A program made the translations under genes and the position numbers. Positions 1 through 14,010 of a stretch of 64,000 bases of DNA are shown piece after piece (position 1 is the stretch's first letter; every line of letters begins with the position of its first letter). The notes beneath the pieces are model-generated. The model saw only the letters and a list, made by a program, of their open reading frames with translations. It did no database searches and was not told the DNA's origin. Source of the stretch: Eledone cirrhosa (taxonomy: Eukaryota); contig OZ024744.1 of the NCBI GenBank assembly GCA_964016885.1, forward strand, positions 14,756,001-14,820,000. Direction: 5' to 3'.

Positions 1-3000
1 CACTGTCTCTTACATCTAACATATAACACTGTCTCTTACTTCTAACATATAACACTGTCTCTAACCTCTAACATATAACACTGTCTCTTACATCTAACAT
101 ATAACACTGTCTCTTACATCTAACACTGTCTCTTACTTCTAACATATAACACTGTCTCTTACCTCTAACATATAACACTGTCTCTTACCTCTAACATTTA
201 ACACTGTCTCTTACCTCTAATATATAACACTGTCTCTTACCTCTAACATATAACACTGTCTCTTACTTCTAACATATAACACTGTATCTTACTTCTAACA
301 TATAACACTGTCTCTTACTTCTAACATATAACACTGTCTCTTACTTCTAACATATAAAACTGTCTCTTACCTCTAACATATAACACTGTCTCTTACATCT
401 AACATACAACACTGTCTCTTACTTCTAACATATAACACTGTCTCTTCTAACATATAACACTGTATCTTACTTCTAAAATATAACACTGTCTCTTACCTCT
501 AACATATAACACTGTCTCTTACTTCTAACATATAACACTGTCTCTTACTTCTAACATATAACACTGTCTCTTACTTCTAACATATAAAACTGTCTCTTAC
601 CTCTAACATATAACACTGTCTCTTACTTCTAACATATAACACTGTCTCTTACATCTAACATACAACACTGTCTCTTACTTCTAACATATAACACTGTCTC
701 TTCTAAGATATAACACTGTCTCTTACTTCTAACATATAACACTGTCTCTCACTTCTAAAATATAACACTGTCTCTTACTTCTAACATATACACTGTCCCT
801 TACCTCTAACATATAACACTGTCTCTTACTTCTAAAATATAACACTGTCTCTTACTTCTAACATATAACACTGTTTCCTACTTCTAAAATATAACACTGT
901 CTCTTACTTCTAAAATATAACACTGTCTCTTACCTCTAACATATAACACTGTCTCTTACATCTAACATATAACACTGTCTCTTACATCTAACATATAACA
1001 CTGTCTCTTACTTCTAACATATAACACTGTCTCTTACTTCTAACATTTAACACTGTCTCTTACTTCTAATATTATAACACTGTCTCTTACTTCTAACATA
1101 TAACACTGTCTCTTACTTCTAACATATAACACTGTATATTACTTCTAAAACATAACACTGTCTCTTACTTCTAACATACAACACTGTCTCTTACCTCTAA
1201 CATATAACACTGTCTCTACTAACATATAACACTGTCTCTTACTTCTAACATATAACACTGTCTCTTACTTCTAACATATAACACTGTCTATTACTTCTAA
1301 AACATAACACTGTCTCTTACTTCTAACAAACAACACTGTCTCTTACTTCTAACAGATAACACTGTCTGTTCTAACATATAACACTGTATCTTACTTCTAA
1401 AATATAACACTGTCTCTTACTTCTAACATATAACACTCTCTCTTACTTCTAAAATATAACACTGTCTCTCACTTCTAAAATATAACACTGCGTCTTACTT
1501 TTAAATATAATATTGTCTCTTACTTCTGAAATATAACACTGTCTCTTACTTCTAACATATAACACTGTTTCCTATTTCTAAAATATAACACTGTCTCTTA
1601 CTTCTAAAATATGACACTGTCTCTTACTTCTAAAATATAACACTGTCTCTTACTTCTAAAATATAACACTGTCTCTTACTTCTGAAATATAACTATGTCT
1701 CTTACTTCTAACATATAACACTGTCTCTTACTTCTAACATATAACACTATCTCTAACCTCTAACATATAACACTGTCTCTTACTTCTAACATATAACACT
1801 GTCTCTTACCTCTAACATATAACACTGTCTCTTCTAACATATAACACTGTCTCTTACTTCTAACATATAAAATGTCTCTTACCTCTAACATATAGTACTG
1901 TGTCTTCTAACATATAACACTGTCTCTTACATCTAACATACAACACTGTCTCTTACTTCGAACATATAACACTGTCGTTTCTAACATATAACACTGTTTC
2001 TTATTTCTAACATATAACACTGTCTCTTACTTCTAACATATAACACTATCTCTAACCTCTAACATATAACACTGTCTCTTACCTCTAACATATAACACTG
2101 TCTCTTACTTCTAACATATAACACTGTCTCTTACTTCTAACATATAACACTGTCTCCTAATTCTAAAATATAACACTGTCTCTTACTTCTAAAATATAAC
2201 ACTGTCTCTTACTTCTAAAATATAACACTGTCTCTTACTTCTAACATATAACACTGTCTCTTACTTCTAACATATAACACTATCTCTAACCTCTAACATA
2301 TAACACTGTCTCTTACTTCTAACATATAACACTGTCTCTTACTTCTAAAATATAACACTGTCTCTTACCTCAAACATATAACACTGTCTCTTACCTCTAA
2401 CCTATAACACTGTCACTTACCTCTAACATATAACACTGTCTCTTACTTCTAAAATATAACACTGTCTCTTATCTCTAACATATAACACTGTCTCTTCCTT
2501 CTAACATATAACACTGCCTCTTACTTGTAATATATAACACTGTCTCTTACCTCTAACATATAACACTGTCTCTTATTTCTAAAATATAACACTGTCTCTT
2601 ACTTCCAACATATAACACTGTCTCTTACCTCTAACATATAACACTGTCTCTTACCTCTAACATATAACACTGTCACTTACTTCTAAAATATAACACTGTT
2701 TCTTACCTCTAACATATAACACTGTCTCTTCTAAGATATAACACTGTCTCTTACTTCTAACATATAACACTGTCTCTCACTTCTAAAATATAACACTGTC
2801 TCTTACTTCTAACATATAACACTGTCCCTTACCTCTAACATGTAACACTGTCTCTTACTTCTAAAATATAACAATGTCTCTTACTTCTAAAATATAACAC
2901 TGTCTCTTACTTCTAACATATAACACTGTCTATTACTTCTAAATCATAACACTGTCTCTTACTTCTAACATATAACACTGTCTCTTACTTCTAAGATACA

Positions 3001-5096
3001 ACACTGTCTTTTACTTCTAACATATAACACTGTCTCTTACTTCTAACATATAACACTGTCTCTTACTTCTAACATATAAAACTGTCTCTTACCTCTAACA
3101 TATAACACTGTCTCTTACCTCTAACATATAACACTGTCTCTTACCTCTAATATATAACACAGTCTCTTACCTCTAACATATAACACTGTCTCTTACATCT
3201 AACATATAACACTGTCTCTTACTTCTAACATATAACACTGTCTCTTACCTCTAATATATAACACTGTCTCTTAGCTCTAACATATAACACTGTCTCTTAC
3301 ATCTAACATATAACACTGTCTCTTACTTCTAACATATAACACTGTCTCTTACCTCTAACATATAACACTGTCTCTTACATCTAACATATAACACTGTCTC
3401 TTACATCTAACACTGTCTCTTACTTCTAACATATAACACTGTCTCTTACCTCTAACATATAACACTGTCTCTTACCTCTAACATTTAACACTGTCTCTTA
3501 CATCTAATATATAACACTGTCTCTTACCTCTAACATATAACACTGTCTCTTACTTCTAACATATAACACTGTATCTTACTTCTAACATATAACACTGTCT
3601 CTTACTTCTAACATATAACACTGTCTCTTACTTCTAACATATAAAACTGTCTCTTACCTCTAACATATAACACTGTCTCATACATCTAACATACAACACT
3701 GTCTCTTACTTCTAACATATAACACTGTCTCTTCTAACATATAACACTGTATCTTACTTCTAAAATATAACACTGTCTCTTACCTCTAACATATAACACT
3801 GTCTCTTACTTCTAACATATAACACTGTCTCTTACTTCTAACATATAACACTGTCTCTTACTTCTAACATATAAAACTGTCTCTTACCTCTAACATATAA
3901 CACTGTCTCTTACTTCTAACATATAACACTGTCTCTTACATCTAACATACAACACTGTCTCTTACTTCTAACATATAACACTGTCTCTTCTAAGATATAA
4001 CACTGTCTCTTACTTCTAACATATAACACTGTCTTTCACTTCTAAAATATAACACTGCCTCTTACTTCTAACATATACACTGTCCCTTACCTCTAACATA
4101 TAACACTGTCTCTTACTTCTAAAATATAACACTGTCTCTTACTTCTAACATATAACACTGTTTCCTACTTCTAAAATATAACACTGTCTCTTACTTCTAA
4201 AATATAACACTGTCTCTTACCTCTAACATATAACACTGTCTCTTACATCTAACATATAACACTGTCTCTTACATCTAACATATAACACTGTCTCTTACTT
4301 CTAACATATAACACTGTCTCTTACTTCTAACATTTAACACTGTCTCTTACTTCTAATATTATAACACTGTCTCTTACTTCTAACATATAACACTGTCTCT
4401 TACTTCTAACATATAACACTGTATATTACTTCTAAAACATAACACTGTCTCTTACTTCTAACATACAACACTGTCTCTTACCTCTAACATATAACACTGT
4501 CTCTACTAACATATAACACTGTCTCTTACTTCTAACATATAACACTGTCTCTTACTTCTAACATATAACACTGTCTATTACTTCTAAAACATAACACTGT
4601 CTCTTACTTCTAACAAACAACACTGTCTCTTACTTCTAACAGATAACACTGTCTGTTCTAACATATAACACTGTATCTTACTTCTAAAATATAACACTGT
4701 CTCTTACTTCTAACATATAACACTCTCTCTTACTTCTAAAATATAACACTGTCTCTTACTTCTAAAATATAACACTGCGTCTTACTTTTAAATATAATAT
4801 TGTCTCTTACTTCTGAAATATAACACTGTCTCTTACTTCTAACATATAACACTGTTTCCTATTTCTAAAATATAACACTGTCTCTTACTTCTAAAATATG
4901 ACACTGTCTCTTACTTCTAAAATATAACACTGTCTCTTACTTCTAAAATATAACACTGTCTCTTACTTCTGAAATATAACTCTGTCTCTTACTTCTAACA
5001 TATAACACTGTCTCTTACTTCTAACATATAACACTATCTCTAACCTCTAACATATAACACTGTCTCTTACTTCTAACATATAACACTGTCTCTTAC
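1..5096. repeat. Higher-order duplication, offset 3287 bp (1-~1809 repeated at 3288-~5096)
   Basis: End of the 19-bp monomer at 124/3411, 27-bp 'tattataa' monomer at 1070/4357 and 'gcgtcttacttttaaatataatattg' at 1490/4777 are all 3287 bp apart. Confidence 0.9.
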
Positions 5097-8000
5097 TTCT
5101 AAAATATAACACTGTCTCTTACCTCAAACATATAACACTGTCTCTAACCTCTAACCTATAACACTGTCACTTACCTCTAACATATAACACTGTCTCTTAC
5201 TTCTAAAATATAACACTGTCTCTTACTCCTAAAATGTAACGCTGTCTCTTATCTCTAACATATAACACTGTCTCTTCCTTCTAACATATAACACTGCCTC
5301 TTACTTGTAATATATAACACTGTCTCTTACCTCTAACATATAACACTGTCTCTTACCTCTAACATATAACACTGTCACTTACTGCTAAAATATAACACTG
5401 TCTCTTACCTCTAACATATAACACTGTCTCTTCTAAGATATAACACTGTCTCTTACTTCTAACATATAACACTGTCTCTCACTTCTAAAATATAACACTG
5501 TCTCTTACTTCTAACATATAACACTGTCCCTTACCTCTAACATATAACACTGTCTCTTACTTCTAAAATATAACACTGTCTCTTACTTCTAAAATATAAC
5601 ACTGTCTCCTACTTCTAAAATATAACTCTGTCTCTTACTTCTAACATATAACACTGTCTCTTACTTCTAACATATAACACTATCTCTAACCTCTAACATA
5701 TAACACTGTCTCTTACTTCTAACATATAACACTGTCTCTTACTTCTAAAATATAACACTGTCTCTTACCTCTAACATATAACACTGTCTCTTACCTCTAA
5801 CATATAACACTGTCACTTACCTCTAACATATAACACTGTCTCTTACTTCTAAAATATAACGCTGTCTTTTATCTCTAACATATAACACTGTCTCTTCCTT
5901 CTAACATATAACACTGTCACTTACCTCTAACATATAACACTGTCTCTTACTTCTAAAATATAACACTGTCTCTTACTTCTAAAATATAACGCTGTCTCTT
6001 ATCTCTAACATATAACACTGTCTCTTCCTTCTAAAATATAACACTGTCTCTTACCTCTAACATATACCACTGTCTCTTCTAACATATAACACTGTCTCTT
6101 ACTTCTAACATATAACACTGTCTCTTACTTCTAACATATAAAACTGTCTCTTACCTCTAACATATAACACTGTCTCTTACCTCTAACATATAACACTGTC
6201 ACTTACTTCTAAAATATAACACTGTCTCTTACCTCTAACATATAACACTGTCTCTTCTAAGATATAACACTGTCTCTTACTTCTAACATATAACACTGTC
6301 TCTCACTTCTCAAATATAACAATGTCTCTTACTTCTAAAATATAACACTGTCTCTTACCTCTAACATATAACACTGTCTCTTCTAAGATATAACACTGTC
6401 TCTTACTTCTAACATATAACACTGTCTCTCACTTCTAAAATATAACACTGTCTCTTACTTCTAACATATAACACTGTCTCTTACTTCTAAAATATAACAC
6501 TGTCTCTTACCTCTAACATATAACACTGTCTCTTCTAAGATATAACACTGTCTCTTACCTCTAACATATAACAATGTCTCTTACTTCTAACATATAACAC
6601 TGTCTCTTACTTCTAACATATAACACTGTCTCTTACCTCTAACATATAACACTGTCTCTTCTAACATATAACACTGTCTCTTACTTCTAACATATAAAAT
6701 GTCTCTTACCTCTAACATATAGTACTGTGTCTTCTAACATATAACACTGTCTCTTACATCTAACATACAACACTGTCTCTTACTTCGAACATATAACACT
6801 GTCGCTTCTAACATATAACACTGTTTCTTATTTCTAACATATAACACTGTCTCTTACTTCTAACATATAACACTATCTCTAACCTCTAACATATAACACT
6901 GTCTCTTACCTCTAACATATAACACTGTCTCTTACTTCTAACATATAACACTGTCTCTTACTTCTAACATATAACACTGTCTCTTCTAACATATAACACT
7001 GTCTCTTACTTCTAAAATATAACACTGTCTCTTACTTCTAAAATATAACACTGTCTCTTACTTCGAACATATAACACTGTGTCTTATTTCTTACATATAA
7101 CACTGTCTCTTACTTCTAACATATAACACTATCTTTAACCTCTAACATATAACACTGTCTCTTACATCTAACATATAACACTGTCACTTACTTCTAACAT
7201 ATAACACTGTCTCTTACCTCTACCATATAACACTGTCTCTTACCTCTAACATATAACACTGTCTCTTACCTCTAACATATAACACTGTCTCTTACCTCTA
7301 TCATATAACACTGTCTCTTACCTCTATCATATAACACTGTCTCTTACCTCTAACATATAACACTGTCTCTTCTAACATATAACACTGTCTCTTACTTCTA
7401 ACATATAAAACTGTCTCTTACTTCTAACACATAAAACTGTCACTTACTTCTAAAATATAACACTGTCTCTTACCTCTAACATATAACACTGTCTCTTACT
7501 TCTAACATATAAAACTGTCTCTTAAATCTAACATACAACATTGTCTCTTACTTCTAACATATAACACTGTCTGTTCTAAGATATAACACTGTCTCTTACT
7601 TCTAACATATAACACTGTCTCTCACTTCTAAAATATAACACTGTCTCTTACTTCTAACATATACACTGTCCCTTACCTCTAACATATAACACTGTCTCTT
7701 ACTTCTAAAATATAACACTGTCTCTTACTTCTAACATATAACAGTGTTTCCTACTTCTAAAATATAACACTGTCTCTTACTTCTAAAATATAACACTGTC
7801 TCTTACCTCTAACATATAACACTGTCTCTTACATCTAACATATAACACTGTCTCTTACATCTAACATATAACACTGTCTCTTACTTCTAACATATAACAC
7901 TGTCTCTTACTTCTAACATTTAACACTGTCTCTTACTTCTAATATTATAACACTGTCTCCTACTTCTAACATATAACACTGTCTCTTACTTCTAACATAT

Positions 8001-11000
8001 AACACTGTATATTACTTCTAAAACATAACACTGTCTCTTACTTCTAACATACAACACTGTCTCTTACTTCTAACATATAACACTGTCTCTACTAACATAT
8101 AACACTGTCTCTTACTTCTAACATATAACACTGTCTCTTACTTCTAACATATAACACTGTCTATTACTTCTAAAACATAACACTGTCTCTTACTTCTAAC
8201 AAACAACACTGTCTCTTACTTCTAACAGATAACACTGTCTGTTCTAACATATAACACTGTATCTTACTTCTAAAATATAACACTGTCTCTTACTTCTAAC
8301 ATATAACACTCTCTCTTACTTCTAAAATATAACACTGTCTCTCACTTCTAAAATATAACACTGCGTCTTACTTTTAAATATAATATTGTCTCTTACTTCT
8401 AAAATATAACACTGTCTCTTACTTCTAACATATAACACTGCCTCCTATTTCTAAAATATAACACTGTCTCTTACTTCTAAAATATGACACTGTCTCTAAC
8501 TTCTAAAATATAACACTGTCTCTTACTTCTAAAATATAACACTGTCTCTTACTTCTGAAATATAACTCTGTCTCTTACTTCTAACATATAACACTGTCTC
8601 TTACTTCTAACATATAACACTATCTCTAACCTCTAACATATAACACTGTCTCTTACTTCTAACATATAACACTGTCTCTTACTTCTAAAATATAACACTG
8701 TCTCTTACCTCAAACATATAACACTGTCTCTTACCTCTAACCTATAACACTGTCACTTACCTCTAACATATAACACTGTCTCTTACTTCTAAAATATAAC
8801 ACTGTCTCTTACTCCTAAAATGTAACACTGTCTCTTATCTCTAACATATAACACTGTCTCTTCCTTCTAACATATAACACTGCCTCTTACTTGTAATATA
8901 TAACACTGTCTCTTACCTCTAACATATAACACTGTCTCTTACTTCTAACATATAACACTGTCTCTTACTTCTAACATATAAAACTGTCTCTTACCTCTAA
9001 CATATAACACTGTCTCTTACTTCTAACATATAACACTGTCTCTTACATCTAACATACAACACTGTCTCTTACTTCTAACATATAACACTGTCTCTTCTAA
9101 GATATAACACTGTCTCTTACTTCTAACATATAACACTGTCTCTCACTTCTAAAATATAACACTGTCTCTTACTTCTAACATATACACTGTCCCTTACCTC
9201 TAACATATAACACTGTCTCTTACTTCTAAAATATAACACTGTCTCTTACTTCTAACATATAACACTGTTTCCTACTTCTAAAATATAACACTGTCTCTTA
9301 CTTCTAAAATATAACACTGTCTCTTACCTCTAACATATAACACTGTCTCTTACATCTAACATATAACACTGTCTCTTACATCTAACATATAACACTGTCT
9401 CTTACTTCTAACATATAACACTGTCTCTTACTTCTAACATTTAACACTGTCTCTTACTTCTAATATTATAACACTGTCTCTTACTTCTAACATATAACAC
9501 TGTCTCTTACTTCTAACATATAACACTGTATATTACTTCTAAAACATAACACTGTCTCTTACTTCTAACATACAACACTGTCTCTTACCTCTAACATATA
9601 ACACTGTCTCTACTAACATATAACACTGTCTCTTACTTCTAACATATAACACTGTCTCTTACTTCTAATATATAACACTGTCTATTACTTCTAAAACATA
9701 ACACTGTCTCTTACTTCTAACAAACAACACTGTCTCTTACTTCTAACAGATAACACTGTCTGTTCTAACATATAACACTGTATCTTACTTCTAAAATATA
9801 ACACTGTCTCTTACTTCTAACATATAACACTCTCTCTTACTTCTAAAATATAACACTGTCTCTTACTTCTAAAATATAACACTGCGTCTTACTTTTAAAT
9901 ATAATATTGTCTCTTACTTCTGAAATATAACACTGTCTCTTACTTCTAACATATAACACTGTTTCCTATTTCTAAAATATAACACTGTCTCTTACTTCTA
10001 AAATATGACACTGTCTCTTACTTCTAAAATATAACACTGTCTCTTACTTCTAAAATATAACACTGTCTCTTACTTCTGAAATATAACTCTGTCTCTTACT
10101 TCTAACATATAACACTGTCTCTTACTTCTAACATATAACACTATCTCTAACCTCTAACATATAACACTGTCTCTTACTTCTAACATATAACACTGTCTCT
10201 TACTTCTAAAATATAACACTGTCTCTTACCTCAAACATATAACACTGTCTCTAACCTCTAACCTATAACACTGTCACTTACCTCTAACATATAACACTGT
10301 CTCTTACTTCTAAAATATAACACTGTCTCTTACTCCTAAAATGTAACGCTGTCTCTTATCTCTAACATATAACACTGTCTCTTCCTTCTAACATATAACA
10401 CTGCCTCTTACTTGTAATATATAACACTGTCTCTTACCTCTAACATATAACACTGTCTCTTACCTCTAACATATAACACTGTCACTTACTGCTAAAATAT
10501 AACACTGTCTCTTACCTCTAACATATAACACTGTCTCTTCTAAGATATAACACTGTCTCTTACTTCTAACATATAACACTGTCTCTCACTTCTAAAATAT
10601 AACACTGTCTCTTACTTCTAACATATAACACTGTCCCTTACCTCTAACATATAACACTGTCTCTTACTTCTAAAATATAACACTGTCTCTTACTTCTAAA
10701 ATATAACACTGTCTCCTACTTCTAAAATATAACTCTGTCTCTTACTTCTAACATATAACACTGTCTCTTACTTCTAACATATAACACTATCTCTAACCTC
10801 TAACATATAACACTGTCTCTTACTTCTAACATATAACACTGTCTCTTACTTCTAAAATATAACACTGTCTCTTACCTCTAACATATAACACTGTCTCTTA
10901 CCTCTAACATATAACACTGTCACTTACCTCTAACATATAACACTGTCTCTTACTTCTAAAATATAACGCTGTCTTTTATCTCTAACATATAACACTGTCT

Positions 11001-14000
11001 CTTCCTTCTAACATATAACACTGTCACTTACCTCTAACATATAACACTGTCTCTTACTTCTAAAATATAACACTGTCTCTTACTTCTAAAATATAACGCT
11101 GTCTCTTATCTCTAACATATAACACTGTCTCTTCCTTCTAAAATATAACACTGTCTCTTACCTCTAACATATACCACTGTCTCTTCTAACATATAACACT
11201 GTCTCTTACTTCTAACATATAACACTGTCTCTTACTTCTAACATATAAAACTGTCTCTTACCTCTAACATATAACACTGTCTCTTACCTCTAACATATAA
11301 CACTGTCACTTACTTCTAAAATATAACACTGTCTCTTACCTCTAACATATAACACTGTCTCTTCTAAGATATAACACTGTCTCTTACTTCTAACATATAA
11401 CACTGTCTCTCACTTCTAAAATATAACAATGTCTCTTACTTCTAAAATATAACACTGTCTCTTACCTCTAACATATAACACTGTCTCTTCTAAGATATAA
11501 CACTGTCTCTTACTTCTAACATATAACACTGTCTCTCACTTCTAAAATATAACACTGTCTCTTACTTCTAACATATAACACTGTCTCTTACTTCTAAAAT
11601 ATAACACTGTCTCTTACCTCTAACATATAACACTGTCTCTTCTAAGATATAACACTGTCTCTTACCTCTAACATATAACAATGTCTCTTACTTCTAACAT
11701 ATAACACTGTCTCTTACTTCTAACATATAACACTGTCTCTTACCTCTAACATATAACACTGTCTCTTCTAACATATAACACTGTCTCTTACTTCTAACAT
11801 ATAAAATGTCTCTTACCTCTAACATATAGTACTGTGTCTTCTAACATATAACACTGTCTCTTACATCTAACATACAACACTGTCTCTTACTTCGAACATA
11901 TAACACTGTCGCTTCTAACATATAACACTGTTTCTTATTTCTAACATATAACACTGTCTCTTACTTCTAACATATAACACTATCTCTAACCTCTAACATA
12001 TAACACTGTCTCTTACCTCTAACATATAACACTGTCTCTTACTTCTAACATATAACACTGTCTCTTACTTCTAACATATAACACTGTCTCTTCTAACATA
12101 TAACACTGTCTCTTACTTCTAAAATATAACACTGTCTCTTACTTCTAAAATATAACACTGTCTCTTACTTCGAACATATAACACTGTGTCTTATTTCTTA
12201 CATATAACACTGTCTCTTACTTCTAACATATAACACTATCTTTAACCTCTAACATATAACACTGTCTCTTACATCTAACATATAACACTGTCACTTACTT
12301 CTAACATATAACACTGTCTCTTACCTCTACCATATAACACTGTCTCTTACCTCTAACATATAACACTGTCTCTTACCTCTAACATATAACACTGTCTCTT
12401 ACCTCTATCATATAACACTGTCTCTTACCTCTATCATATAACACTGTCTCTTACCTCTAACATATAACACTGTCTCTTCTAACATATAACACTGTCTCTT
12501 ACTTCTAACATATAAAACTGTCTCTTACTTCTAACACATAAAACTGTCACTTACTTCTAAAATATAACACTGTCTCTTACCTCTAACATATAACACTGTC
12601 TCTTACTTCTAACATATAAAACTGTCTCTTACATCTAACATACAACATTGTCTCTTACTTCTAACATATAACACTGTCTCTTCTAAGATATAACACTGTC
12701 TCTTACTTCTAACATATAACACTGTCTCTCACTTCTAAAATATAACACTGTCTCTTACTTCTAACATATACACTGTCCCTTACCTCTAACATATAACACT
12801 GTCTCTTACTTCTAAAATATAACACTGTCTCTTACTTCTAACATATAACAGTGTTTCCTACTTCTAAAATATAACACTGTCTCTTACTTCTAAAATATAA
12901 CACTGTCTCTTACCTCTAACATATAACACTGTCTCTTACATCTAACATATAACACTGTCTCTTACTTCTAACATATAACACTGTCTCTTACTTCTAACAT
13001 TTAACACTGTCTCTTACTTCTAATATTATAACACTGTCTCCTACTTCTAACATATAACACTGTCTCTTACTTCTAACATATAACACTGTATATTACTTCT
13101 AAAACATAACACTGTCTCTTACTTCTAACATACAACACTGTCTCTTACTTCTAACATATAACACTGTCTCTACTAACATATAACACTGTCTCTTACTTCT
13201 AACATATAACACTGTCTCTTACTTCTAACATATAACACTGTCTATTACTTCTAAAACATAACACTGTCTCTTACTTCTAACAAACAACACTGTCTCTTAC
13301 TTCTAACAGATAACACTGTCTGTTCTAACATATAACACTGTATCTTACTTCTAAAATATAACACTGTCTCTTACTTCTAACATATAACACTCTCTCTTAC
13401 TTCTAAAATATAACACTGTCTCTCACTTCTAAAATATAACACTGCGTCTTACTTTTAAATATAATATTGTCTCTTACTTCTAAAATATAACACTGTCTCT
13501 TACTTCTAACATATAACACTGCCTCCTATTTCTAAAATATAACACTGTCTCTTACTTCTAAAATATGACACTGTCTCTTACTTCTAAAATATAACACTGT
13601 CTCTTACTTCTAAAATATAACACTGTCTCTTACTTCTGAAATATAACTCTGTCTCTTACTTCTAACATATAACACTGTCTCTTACTTCTAACATATAACA
13701 CTATCTCTAACCTCTAACATATAACACTGTCTCTTACTTCTAACATATAACACTGTCTCTTACTTCTAAAATATAACACTGTCTCTTACCTCAAACATAT
13801 AACACTGTCTCTTACCTCTAACCTATAACACTGTCACTTACCTCTAACATATAACACTGTCTCTTACTTCTAAAATATAACACTGTCTCTTACTCCTAAA
13901 ATGTAACACTGTCTCTTATCTCTAACATATAACACTGTCTCTTCCTTCTAACATATAACACTGCCTCTTACTTGTAATATATAACACTGTCTCTTACCTC

Positions 14001-14010
14001 TAACATATAA
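3823..14010. repeat. Tandem duplication of a ~5.1-kb block (~3823-8929 and ~8930-14010)
   Basis: 'tattataa' 4357/9464, 'tctctaacctctaacctata' 5141/10248, 'actgctaaaa' 5381/10488 and AGTACT 6721/11828 are all 5107 bp apart. Later markers (7943/13024, 8363/13444) are 5081 apart, i.e. one 26-mer lost. Confidence 0.92.
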
